A stretch of DNA of 64,000 nt from Balanoglossus misakiensis (Eukaryota; Animalia; Hemichordata): NCBI GenBank assembly GCA_040954595.2, contig CM082595.2, positions 5,482,137 to 5,546,136 on the forward strand. Direction: 5' to 3'. This document shows, in pieces, positions 1-14,375 of the stretch. The translations under genes and the position numbers were made by a program. A model generated the notes under the pieces. The model ran no database searches and was not told the DNA's origin. It saw only the letters and a list, made by a program, of their open reading frames with translations. Numbering within the stretch: position 1 is the first letter of the stretch; every line of letters begins with the position of its first letter.

Positions 1-202
1 TTGATAAGTGCTTCGTAAGGCCTCCGGTTCCACAACCGATTTCTAAGAGATTGTCACTCTTCTTAAACGTAATCATACTCAGTATGTCCTCCATATTCTG
101 GCCAGAAACCAAATCTTCTTCATCCAAGCAGAATTTTCGGTATTCAGTTGCGTTCATATTTGTCGTACAGCTGTCGTAGAGTTCGACCTTGAGAGTATCC
201 AT
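1..202 (-). CDS. 5' part of a class I SAM-dependent methyltransferase, running off the left edge
   Basis: The minus strand from ATG at 202 (second in-frame ATG at 157) reads MDTLKVELYDSCTTN-MNATEYRKFCLDEEDLVSGQNMEDILSMITFKKSDNLLEIGCGTGGLTKHLS. LLEIGCGTG is the glycine-rich SAM-binding motif I. The frame is open to base 1. Confidence 0.8.
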   Translation of the reverse strand, partial: MDTLKVELYDSCTTNMNATEYRKFCLDEEDLVSGQNMEDILSMITFKKSDNLLEIGCGTGGLTKHLS

Positions 203-452
203 ATACTTGAGTTCAGAGGTCACACAGCATTTTACACAGCTAAGTGTTTCCCCAGTGTTGAACCGCACCAAATGGCATCATAGGATGGAAATATGTTGTT
301 ATGAAGCGCTAATATGTTAGTGAGAATAATAATGATGCTAAATACAAATACATCGATATTTACGTTTAAAGGGTGAGTGTCGTCCCCTTCTGCGGCTGCG
401 GTTGAAGGGTCCTATATGTGACACAGTGGCTAACAAGTCAAAGAAGGCACCT

Positions 453-726
453 GCTACTGTACATCATTACAAACATGTTGTTACATTGTATTACACCGTA
501 GTATAACTGTATTACACTGTAATATGACTGCTACAATGTACATCATTGCAAACATGCTGTTGTTACATTGTATTACACCGTAGTATAACTGTATTACACT
601 GTAATATGACTGCTACAATGTACATCATTGCAAACATGCTGTTGTTACTTTGTATTATACTGTAGTATAATTGTATTACACTGTAATATAACTGCTACAA
701 TGTACATTATTACAAACAATGCTGTT
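453..726. repeat. Minisatellite, ~80-82 bp unit, ~3.3 copies
   Basis: The anchor tgtacat(c/t)att recurs at about 458, 537, 619 and 701 with near-identical sequence between copies. Confidence 0.9.
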
Positions 727-1392
727 TTCGATGGAACGCTATACATCACATGTTGAATGCTTCGATATGCTACTCGATGGAAAATAGTTGCGGGCCTCGA
801 TCTGCTCAAAGGAACGCTATAACCCATAAAATATTAAAAATTGACTGAATCGCCAAATTCGCAAAGTCGGGAATTTGTCATCTTTAGACAGTGTTCATAT
901 AAACTACTGGATGGTACGCTATGGTCAAAGTTAAACTTTGGTGACCCACATGAAATATATAAGAAAACTATAAGTTCCATTACATGTAAATACATGGATT
1001 TTTTTCGGTGTCATTATTTGGGTATCAAAAAAGTTTCTTATACGCAGTGAAAAATGGTGAAATATTTTTATCCTATCAAAATTTACCTAGCCAAGTTAGA
1101 TTTGAATGTAACCAATCCATTGTTGAACTTTGACCATATTTAATGGAGTTATTGTCTGTCGGTTACGTGTGCAAGTCTGATAATCTTTTAACTCTGCCTA
1201 TCTACGTGGCTTTTGATGAAGGTGATTTTGGACCCTGAAAATCAGTCACAGACATATATACACACAGACTCGTACGCTTAAGACTATCACACACCAACTC
1301 ATGTCATTGGACCATCGCGCTTGGCAAAGTGCCAGCCGAGGGAACCTCAAAATGGGGACAGGTCAGGAGCGCGTTAAGGTGTTGTCACCGGG

Positions 1393-1397
1393 TATAA
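1393..1397 (+). promoter_or_regulatory. Possible TATA box of sulfotransferase A
   Basis: TATAA about 70 bp upstream of the ATG at 1465. Motif match only. Confidence 0.3.
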
Positions 1398-1464
1398 GGA
1401 CGCATGCGTACCCTTTTGGACCGGCCGTGTGTGTGCTGTCAAGGAATGTTCTCGCTGTGAAGAA

Positions 1465-2361
1465 ATGGAGGATAAGTTCAAACACCTGCGCGGAACGGGT
1501 GACTACGAGGTCAACGGGGTGCACTTCAACTGTTCTATCAATCGCCGGATCGTGAATTCACCTGATATAGTTGCTTGTCATGACGACGACATAATCTTGG
1601 CCAGCTTTCCACGGTCTGGTGAGTATGTATGAACGACCTTGAATCCATTGGGATATTTCGCTTGGTGGCGTGGCCCACCCTTCAACCTCGAACTTTTATG
1701 CGGTCAACAGAGACAATAAATGTACGCGGAGGGGCTAGACAATTCTTGGGGTGTGCAAGGAGTAGGGGTGAATATATATATATTCGGTTCGACCCCTTTA
1801 TATACAAATAATAATTTCATATACCCTGTTTTGAAGTAAATGGGGTCGATCATATGAACTGCATACGGACTATGGCTTTTGTGTTTTGAAACGCCCAGTC
1901 GTTATCGTTACCACTATTCAGAGAGATCCTGGCGTGACAGCGTGTGTCCAATGCTGAAACAATTCACATTTCACTCGATTGATAGATGGATATAATTCAC
2001 TCTTTCCAGGTGCAACATGGACTACAGAAATGATCTCATTGCTTCTTAATGGAGGAGACGTCGAAGAAAGTCGGGCGGTTAATCAGACTGTGCGACACCC
2101 GCTTCTTGAGTTGTGTACAGAGGATATGCCTTGGTGAGTGAATCCTCCCGCCAGTCCATCCATCAGCCATCCCATGTAACCATCAAACCACTCAACCAAC
2201 CACCCATACACCATGCATGCATGCATGCATGCATGCATATGCATGCTTTCATACATAAATACGTGCGTGCGTGCGTGCGTACGTACGTTAGTACATACAT
2301 ACATACATACGTACGTACGTACGTACACACATACACATACATACACACACACGCACGCACG

Positions 2362-2405
<44 letters not shown>

Positions 2406-4748
2406 TACATACATACATACATACATACATACATACATACATACATACATACATACATACATACATACATGCATACATACATACATACATACATACATAC
2501 ATACATACATACATACATACATACATACATACATACATACATACATACATACATACATACATACATACATACATACATACATACATACATACATACATAC
2601 ATACATACATACATACACAGACATCCACAACTGCACATAAGACATCATACTACAGTGATAAGAAATATATCTACGATATGTTGTAACTTCTTTTCAGGGT
2701 AAAGTGCTCCCTGACGATTCTCCGCTTTCTTCGGCCGTTTTTGCCACACTTTATCTCGAAACATATCCCAGACCTATCTGCAGAAGAGTTTCAAGCCTCA
2801 ATGAATGGACTGAAACATGTCGACACACTACCCAGACCCAGATTCATGCGAACACACTTACCTTACCAGTTCTTTCCGTCACAAGCCTTAGAGAAGAAAT
2901 GCAAGGCAGGTTGTTTTCATTTCCAATAGTTTATTCAGCGATGCTTCACTAATACATTCTTTTGAGTTGCATCCTATACATGTATACGTGTAGTGCTCTT
3001 AATGGGAAGGGGTCGTCGCGCCACGTGGGTGTCCCCCTTGATGAGAATATGTCCTCTCATACCAGCACAAACCCCACTACAGTCGCCAAGACCTACTAGG
3101 ATCTTCAGTTGCTGTCATGTCCAGTCTTTGCTATGTACATGTATAAACTTGCATATCTGTGACGTCATAACATTCTTAATTTGACCACTTACAGATTATC
3201 TATGTCGCAAGAAATCCAAAGGATATGTTGGTGTCGTTCTACCACTTGGGTCGGATGTTCACATTTACAGGAACATGGGCAGATATGTTTGATATGTTCA
3301 TCAGTAAACAATGTATGTATGTATGTATGTATGTATGTATGTATGTATGTATGTATGTATGTATGTATGTATGTATGTATGTATGTATGTATGTATGTAT
3401 GTATGTATGTATGTATGTATGTATGTATGTATGTATGTATGTATGTATGTATGTATGTATGTATGTATGTATGTATGTATGTATGTATGTATGTATGTAT
3501 GTATGTATGTATGTATGTATGTATGTATGTATGTATGTATGTATGTATGTATGTATGTATGTATGTATGATGTCACTGGACTCACTCATCAGGAGAACAT
3601 TGGGGGAATACATGGTTAGATACATGTACACACGTGGGGGTTATGCATGGCTGTAATTATTACATTTATCATCTATATGTTCTCCTTTTTCCATTTTCCC
3701 GCTTAGTTTGGTTTGGAGGTTGGTTTGATCATGTTCTGGGATACTGGAAGCATAAAGATGACAATAATGTGTTGTTTCTGAAGTATGAAGATATCAAAAA
3801 GGTTCGTGCAACATAATAATAAAACAGTAAATGACGAGTGTATGTATGTATGACCCAAACGTTGGTATCTCTCTCTGTTATTATCTGTGTTTCGCATGCT
3901 ATTTAGGACCTTTAGCAAGTTCATGGACAGTTGTTGCACTGTTTTATTTCACAATTAAGTTGTTATCATCATCTTTAATAAGAACTGATCATGACTATAA
4001 CATCTTATGAGTGAAGGTATCAGTTCGTGCTGACAATGTGACTGAAGTGTCGTCTGCAAGAATGTTGGCTGTTGGAACAGTGTCTATCGAGCTTCTCAAG
4101 AAAAGGGAAAGTTAAAAACAATTGTTAATGTACAGTGTACAGGGGTGGCAACAAATTCATGTTAAGTGTCAAATTTTCTATTCTGCACATGCCTATGTAT
4201 AGGACCATAGAAAAGCTCTCAGAACGCTGGCCGTTTTCCTCGACGTGGCGTTGACTGACGATCAGGAGGATAGAATTATCGAGTGGTGTTCGTTTAAAAG
4301 CATGAAGTCCCAACCCTCAGTTAACATGGTGAAGATGTTTGCCGCGGATGACGGACAGGACGAAAATAAACAGTTTATCAGGAAAGGTAAACATCAACAC
4401 AGAAAGACAAATTGAATGTGTTCTCATTGTACATGATATAAATAAAACGACATAGGTGGGGTATTATAAAAATGTAATTTGACCACAGTGATTTATTCAT
4501 GGAAAGTGGAGATATGATGGAAACGAATATTTGTTGTCAGTAATTATATGCATGATAAAATGCGCCCTCTTTTGGTGAAGTCTTCCTTCCGCCTGATCTC
4601 CTACTTTGTCTTACTTACTGACATTGAGAATACCTTCACAGGTGTCATTGGAGACTGGAAAAATTACTTCACAGTAAAGCAAAACAAGGTGTTCGATGAG
4701 ATTTACAAAGAACGGATGGAAGGAACCGGATTGGAGTTTGAGTGGTGA
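1465..4748 (+). CDS. Cytosolic PAPS-dependent sulfotransferase, paralog A, 7 exons, ~329 aa
   Basis: Exons 1465-1618, 2010-2133, 2698-2905 (GC donor), 3195-3312, 3707-3801, 4203-4386, 4642-4748 total 990 nt with consistent phases. Motifs: SFPRSGATW (5'-PSB loop), RTHLP (catalytic His), [12 protein letters not shown] (3'-PB), [21 protein letters not shown]. Confidence 0.93.
2213..2617. repeat. Compound microsatellite (CATG)n/(CGTG)n/(CGTA)n/(CA)n/(CATA)n in intron 2 of sulfotransferase A
   Basis: Directly visible. It is the source of the spurious CMYV/HTYI ORFs. Confidence 0.97.
3313..3569. repeat. (GTAT)n microsatellite, ~64 units, starting exactly at the intron 4 donor
   Basis: Directly visible near-perfect array. 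Confidence 0.97.
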
Positions 4749-5809
4749 AGTTGAGAAGACGCTCATACAATGCCCTGTGGTTACACACTTAAAATGATCC
4801 TGGTGTACATTCTACTTTATGTCTGACCCCAAGAGCTCAGGGAATGACTGAACATACTTTTACATGACATGAATGTTTATAGATCAGCGGTTCATATACC
4901 ATTTAAATTATTAGTGATACTGTTAGTGTTATTTGTCTACACCTGTTGGTCCGGTAGTGGACTGACCTGCTATCGAACATGCAAATGAGATAAAATAGTC
5001 CCCATTGAAAGTGGTGAAAATTTCGCTCCACGTAGAATTCCCTTTGCCATCACGTTCAATTCTGATGAAAACTGCATTCACATACTATATCACATGCACC
5101 AACAGTTTTCTCCTGCCAGTTCAAGTACGGCTCGTTGTAAACTAGTCACGTGATAATTAGTCCAGGTGGTTTACCGAGGGCTTACTGACAAACCATTAAT
5201 TGTGCATACTTCGCAATTTGCATATTTGGAGATAGCTCAGGACAAGCTCTATGAAAACGGGTAATTAATTTGTTTAATACGTTCGTTATGGTACCTGCAA
5301 AAGTTAAACATTCAATGCAGAATGTGCTTCCGTACAGCAAAGAATAGATATTGTAAAGCACGCCTGAAGTCGAAAGTACATGTGGTCACAGCAAGGAAAG
5401 GGCGTTGACCTGTATCATTTAAGACGATCTCGTTCTTCCACTTGAATCCCGTAAGTTACGCCGGTAAAAAGCATAAAATTCGCTAAAATATGTTCTGGAG
5501 TCAGTTTACATGGGAAAAACATTCAATTTGTTTTTAACCTCAGGTACATATCCATTCGAGTTTCATTGATTCTTAAACTGCAGTGCTGTATATTACATAT
5601 AAATATGTCGAAATCGTGTAAATTTATTTCAATTAAAAATAAATAAAAATTAATGTCAAAATCAAGTGTACGTGGCCTAACCTTTTCACTTGTCTATAAT
5701 TCATTTCATTTGGGGGAATGGCTTTGTAAAGGCGATTTTCACTTGTTTCAGCCATTCTGTCTTGACGTTTGTTGACATAATGCATGTGTTTGCCGAGGTG
5801 GAATCTTAA

Positions 5810-5983
5810 AGGTATACGGTCACCTATACAAATTTAGCCACAGTTACCATGGTAAATCGAGATCTAACCAATCACAGATTTTCAGTGGGTGGCACACGCG
5901 AAAATAAAGCGTTCTTTAGAACACTCAAATACGCCATTCCAACTATATATGGCGATATGTAAATTGGAGGTGACCGTATACCT
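5810..5983. mobile_element. Non-autonomous DNA transposon (MITE), Kolobok-like
   Basis: Perfect TIRs aggtatacggtcacct / aggtgaccgtatacct flanked by TTAA (5806-5809 and 5984-5987). TTAA target sites with purine-purine termini fit Kolobok rather than piggyBac. A second copy lies at 20746-20906. Confidence 0.8.
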
Positions 5984-6496
5984 TTAACACCCGCTCATCT
6001 ATTTTGGGATTCACTCATTTACTTTTGGCTGAGTCATGCATGGCAAAAATGTTAGAAAACAATTGCAGTATTTCTTATGCATATATGGCTGCCTATACCC
6101 ACCACTACACGTTATGTGCCAGAAAAATGAGAGAAATATTGCATTTACCCCAAGTGAGTCAGCAAAAAGTAAATGAGCGTAGCCCAAATTTGATGAGCGC
6201 GTGATTTCTTATAACTAAAATTAAAAAATAAACTGGCAGATGTCTGCTCGTTCCGCCGGCGGCAACGGATGAAACAGTATATGAAAACGCATGGCTGCGT
6301 TCTCAATACATGCGCATTGGATGGCATTGTTTATGTAGACCACACCGAACCCGTACGCCCATATTCATTACTGGCGAAACCTCATTTTCGCCCGTGGAGT
6401 GAATACCTCTCGAGTGGTAGGGCCTATAGTACAAAAACTTTCTCCGTCGCTAACACCACAGTGGGTAAAAACTGAAAACGGTGTACCCCTTCAGAC

Positions 6497-9222
<2,726 letters not shown>

Positions 9223-10249
9223 TCACGTTGACCAGGAAGCACGTACAGTACTGTATATGTAACTGTGTGCTGACGCAAAAAGCATCAATACTTCTCAGGC
9301 AAATGACTTTAAACTTCTTCCAGTTAATCTTTAAAGGGTGATACATCCAGTTCTGACGTCAGGATTGATAGGTGGTGGTTACCACACTGTCAAGCTGCAA
9401 TAATTGTTGCCCTAGGTCATATAAGTTCTTAGAGAAGCGCTTTATTGGTTGGTGTTGTCATAATTATAGAGTCTTGTTTGGAAATATGTAATGTCTGTTC
9501 TGGGTTCTTATGAATTCAACTGTTTTTGTTATGTGTGTGTTTTGCTTGTTGATTGTCCTATGTAAACATTCGATTCGACTAAGGTTTAAGTACATTGATT
9601 CTTATTCGATAATTTACTATTCTATAGTAGTAACATACATCTTACTACATATACTGATGTCATATAAGATATATAGGGAATTGTGTCACGTAATTTGGTT
9701 ACATTAATTTAGCAAAGGGTGTTAGATGTTGGCTTTTTTTCGGTACAAAATACATGTATCTCTGTTTTATTACACAGAATAAACTCATTTACTGAAGACA
9801 CCCCGACTATTGTTTCGAACTTTGGTGAATAAAAATTGAGGCCTACACTGCACAGGATACACGCAAAAGCATATCATTGTCTAATTAAGTCAAGCAAAAG
9901 TGCGCAATATCAAGCAAATAAACTGTTACGGGTATCCGATAACCGTCAAAACTGACCCGCACACATCCAGCATCGTGTTGTCCCCGTACCACCCGGGAAT
10001 ATGCATAATAAATTGAGGTGTTTTCGGACTGATGACCGTCCGTCACCTTAATTATTGGCTTACTGCCAATAATTCGGGTGCATTCTCTAACCAACGTTAT
10101 ACAACATGTGGGTGAATAAAGTAGTGCATTTTTTCTTCAAAATTCATCGTCGTGCGCCAAGAGGTACAAATAGCACGGCAACGACTTAACCATCTAGACC
10201 ATCAACTCCTGTCTGAGATGATGCCGTTTCTCCCTGCTTTGTCGAACAA

Positions 10250-11272
10250 TTAAATCGCAGCCTGCATTTGTGACGATATTGTATCGTCCTTTGTTTCAAA
10301 GAGTTTAAAGCACAGTATTTTACGATATGCCCGCCTGAAGTCCCCTTTGTAAGCGTAAAGTAGTGGATTTATCGCTGAATTTGTAAACGCCAACCAGTGA
10401 AATATTTCGATGTACACCAACGGAACACAATAGCACAGTGAGTTGGCCAGGGATACCAGGCACAGAGGCAACCAAACGATGAAGAAGATGACGGCGATTA
10501 GGAAGATTGTCTTCATCACCCTGATCTCGCCGGGTCTGAAGACGGGTCGACACATGCACTGTGTCCCCGGCGATCTGTTCACGGTGTCCGCGACGACGAT
10601 GGTCGAGACGGGGTTCGTCATTCCCACGTGGCGTCGCAAGATTTTCAGGATGTAATAGTTGGTGTAGAACATCAGCATGAGGGGAATTGCGAAGAGGCAC
10701 GTTCCGACGCTTATGAAGAGCGGCAGAAGCGGGAAGCACAGCGGGTGTATCGCTAACCCCCGCTTCGGTACATCTTCGACGACCCGGGTGAGTTGCGGGA
10801 TGGCGGCGAACACAACACAGATCAACCAAGTCACGCCGATGCAAGCCACTATTCGTTTTGGCGTCACCATCGTGCGATACTTCAAGGGATACTTGATGAA
10901 GATGTACTTGTCTACACACAGCAGCATAGCCGCGAACACAGATTCGTGGCAGAGCACGATCAGACAGGCCTGATACACACTACAGACGTGGTAGCCGAAA
11001 GTCCATTGGTTTCCAAAGCGAAAAGCGATTGTCAGCGGCAAGACCAAAACTCCCAGCAGAAAATCCGTCACCGCCAAATTCGCAATTGGCCAATTTTGAC
11101 GCGATTTGCGAATCCGTGGGAAAAACGCATAGGCAAGCAGGACTAGAACGTTGTTCACGACCACGAGGATGTTGATCATGCATTGCAAAAATGTCCACAT
11201 CAACAAGTGCGTGGTTGTTTCCTGGACTGTCTGTGAATCAGATGTATTGTGTAGGGCCGTACTGTTCATCAT
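10250..11272 (-). CDS. Intronless rhodopsin-like (class A) GPCR with an aminergic-like scaffold, ~340 aa, orphan
   Basis: Starts at the first ATG (MMNSTALHNTS, with two N-glycosylation sequons). Seven hydrophobic segments; NLAVTD in TM2, WTFGYHVC in ECL1, DKY at the DRY position, FFIVWLP in TM6, WLAFTNSAINPLLY in TM7, and helix 8 FRRAYRKILC. Confidence 0.93.
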   Translation of the reverse strand: MMNSTALHNTSDSQTVQETTTHLLMWTFLQCMINILVVVNNVLVLLAYAFFPRIRKSRQNWPIANLAVTDFLLGVLVLPLTIAFRFGNQWTFGYHVCSVYQACLIVLCHESVFAAMLLCVDKYIFIKYPLKYRTMVTPKRIVACIGVTWLICVVFAAIPQLTRVVEDVPKRGLAIHPLCFPLLPLFISVGTCLFAIPLMLMFYTNYYILKILRRHVGMTNPVSTIVVADTVNRSPGTQCMCRPVFRPGEIRVMKTIFLIAVIFFIVWLPLCLVSLANSLCYCVPLVYIEIFHWLAFTNSAINPLLYAYKGDFRRAYRKILCFKLFETKDDTISSQMQAAI

Positions 11273-11804
11273 CGGGTTGATATACCTCTGGTACGACTCG
11301 AAAAAGTATTCAGTTTTACAAAACACACAAGTCACGTCCTCGTATAAGCTTAGTCGGATTCTTGGAGGTTCATCGTAGTGTCCCTTGAACTTGTAACCCA
11401 GACTAATATCCAAATTCACACAAAACAGTGCTTGTTAATGGCATTACGAACACCCGACATGTGACGACCGTCGACAGCACTTGATCCTTGTAACTGCACC
11501 GTTCTGTATCAAGCATATGACTACAACGATATATATTTTAAAATCCTCCTTTTCTCGCGAATTGTCTCACAGACGGTCGATTCTGTATCAGACAATAAGA
11601 CTTTGACGTTTATTAAATCCTTTATGAATATCTAATGATAGCGTCGTTTTCTTTATTGGCCGTCATCATTAATTTTACTAAGTGTGTCACCCCATGTCCT
11701 TGAACCGATAGGTGCGTAGTGTATAAGCTTATTGCGGGTACTAGATTGTTTATAAATTATTCATGGCTGAGCCATTGTTGAGATAATAACATTCTATATA
11801 AGCT

Positions 11805-12256
11805 TTAAGTGACAGGAACTCTCACTTTTGATAATTATTTCATTTTTTTCGGTCTGAAAAGTAAACATTGCGCTTAAAATTTAGTTACAATGGCAATTCA
11901 GTACATAATTAAGTGTGTACTGTTGCAGTGTTGGCTCGGGATAGAGGATTTGCACTAACTGCAATGCCAGTATGTAAAGGTCGTGATCGGGGTCAATAAT
12001 GTGACTGATAGTATTAGGCCTACTTTGTGCTTTTATTTTTAGACCAACATCTGTGCACACTAATACATTTGAATAAGTTACCATGACCCCAGACACTGAT
12101 ATTGATATGAGAAAAAAATCAATAATTTTCGATTTGCACAATTTTTGTTTTCCTTAATCATTAAAACTGTTTTGCTGTAGTTTTATTTCGTTTTATTGGC
12201 TTCGTTGACTTGGGTTTGAATATGCTTTTGAAAGTTTAAGTTACTGTCCACTATAA
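11805..12256. mobile_element. Possible degenerate MITE
   Basis: Imperfect inverted ends ttaagtgacaggaact ... agttactgtccactataa. Weak. Confidence 0.3.
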
Positions 12257-12932
12257 CGCCAATGTTTTTTTTTCATATTTGACAATTTCAAGAGTGACGT
12301 TTGTACCATCTGGCCGGCGCATGGTGTATGGATTTATATTTGTTGACTTGTTTTTCCCCGTGAATCGGTAAAACTTTGCATCCTTCGGATATAAGGAGAG
12401 TGAGACTGTCGCAATGCCAACCAGAGACTTAGAGGTCTTTTTATTTTTGTTCTTTTCTATTTTCGCAACTTCATCGATATGGAATCCCAAACGAGCAAAA
12501 CTAATCCCCGTTTATACAAGGATGCAAAGATGGCTTCTTGCGTCACACAGCGTTATTGTGATTCGTTGCGGTTATCAACTATTGGCAGACAACATGCAAA
12601 GTTAATCGTCGAGGTACCACCGATTGTCACAGGTCTGCAAGTATTAAAAAGTTTAACTTTTGTGAAAACTAATTAATATTCATTATTTTGCTAACTTCCC
12701 ATTATCCCAGGATGCATAGCTTCTTACGTCATGCAATTTCTTTCATTTCCGGTTATCAAAAATGGCAGACGACATAAATTTCAAATGTGCATGTACATGT
12801 AGTTCGTTTCCAAGTTGTCAGTGACTGTCGTCGGCCTGCATTTATCGAAACAATTTTTTTAGCCGAACAACGAAGTTTATTTGAAGTTAAATTGAACATA
12901 GCCTAAGGCCTACGGGTTTCTAATTGTGAAAT

Positions 12933-13260
12933 ATGCCAAGCAGGAGCCTCTCGCCGCGCGCCAGAGGCGAAGAAATATACAGGTGGGCGAGTAATAAACT
13001 GACGAGTGGGTAAACAACAGAATTGAGTGATATTCCATCCCTTTCCACCGAACGCAAACGCGATATTTGATAAATTGTTTCAGATATACGGCAAAGACTC
13101 TGTTTTTCGAGCCTCGGATGAACTTTAGGATTACATATGTGTGTGGGATGCTTTTCAGTCGAAGTCGTGATTACAACTACAAGTCTTCAATTCAGCAAAG
13201 GCTACGCGTAATTCTCAGCAAGTCTGCAAGAGAGCCATGTGGATGTCGATGTGTCTCATG
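12933..13260 (+). other. Candidate spliced transcript (small ORF or lncRNA), at least two exons
   Basis: ATG at 12933 runs to donor AG|GTGGGC at 12982. After a 101-nt intron with acceptor ttgtttcag, exon 13084-13260 ends at a strong donor ATG|GTAAGT. The spliced frame stays open, but no family is recognised. Confidence 0.35.
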
Positions 13261-14249
13261 GTAAGTCATCATTTTTTTTCTAGATAGTATTAGTTAACAT
13301 AACTCATGAACATTTTGTATTTTGTACATGGCCCAGTACACGTGTGCAGGGCTGGTTATTTTGGCTGTGCTGGGGAGTCTTTATGGGACATTTAAATGTA
13401 CATGTACATGAAATAGGTGTATTCGAAATGTCAAGAAATCGACATGGCCGTGATTTGGGTGACGTTTCAAACGAAACCGGTTATAACACGATCATGTTTT
13501 GCAAGAATCAAACTGACTGATAAGGCTACAGTCAGTTTGATTCCTGCGACTGTGATGTTTTGATGGCCGTCGTTGCCAATTAAAAAATAATTTGGACAGC
13601 TTCTTTCTGTAAATATATATGTATGTGGATTTCGTGTTTTTTTCCATGTCGGTTTCATGAAGTATTTTGTCTGCTGTAGAATTTTTAGCTATGTACTTGA
13701 GTCATCATTTAATATGCTTGCACAGAGCAGCTATATTTAGTGAAAAGGTATCCCCATAGATGTAACTGTGCCTATGTCAAATCTAAAAAGCTTTCAGAAC
13801 AGTCCCATTTATGTATGCAAATTAGAAGTTCATTGATTTTAATAGCAAAGTGGAGTGACCATGACTTCACTATACACTCTGTCACTTCAGCCAAATCCCA
13901 TTGGGATCAGAATCTGTAGCTTGCTTTTAGAAGCTGCACTTGATGCACAGAACAAAGTGCTGAAAAAAATAGCGCAAAGATGCAGGTAATTGAGCTGTAA
14001 AGGTACATGTAGATCCCCTTAACACAGTTAACGGAAACATAATCCATGTAAGGTCTTGAGTAAGGTTATTAACTTTTGTGAAAGCATAATCCTAAGTAAA
14101 TTAACTATATCACAAGAAAGGTAAGTTTCTCAGCATTTCAAAAAATGCATAGTTTGCATGGGGTTCCAAGATTGTCATGAGTGACTTTGAAGTACATGTA
14201 ATAGATGATATTTTTCTTATTGTGAGATCTCATGAGACTTGGCTAATTA

Positions 14250-14375
14250 CAGTCCTTAATAGAGAGGTGTCCTTAATAGACAGGTAATATTCTATTCAAA
14301 CCATTACTTTTGTCTTGAATAATCTGTCATTAGGTGTCCTGATTAGAGAGGTAGCCGTAATGACAGGTTTCACTG
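14250..14375. mobile_element. Partial Tc1/mariner(pogo)-type MITE
   Basis: Ends in gacaggtttcactg-TA and shares ccttaatagagag motifs with the copy at 23712-23878. Confidence 0.55.

Noticed and set aside
453-726. Regularly spaced repeats as a possible CRISPR array (also 52198-52580)
   Set aside because: Whole units repeat with no unique spacers, the context is eukaryotic, and there are no cas genes.
2083-3656. Long CMYV/HTYI ORFs in several frames (also 22068-22384)
   Set aside because: They are translations of stop-free tetranucleotide microsatellites inside introns.
10320-11378. Overlapping and antisense ORFs within the GPCR
   Set aside because: Shadow frames of a GC-richer coding region with no recognisable motifs.
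11273-11419. 49-aa N-terminal extension of the GPCR in the ORF track
   Set aside because: It begins at a non-ATG codon. The first ATG at 11272 gives a typical glycosylated N-terminus.
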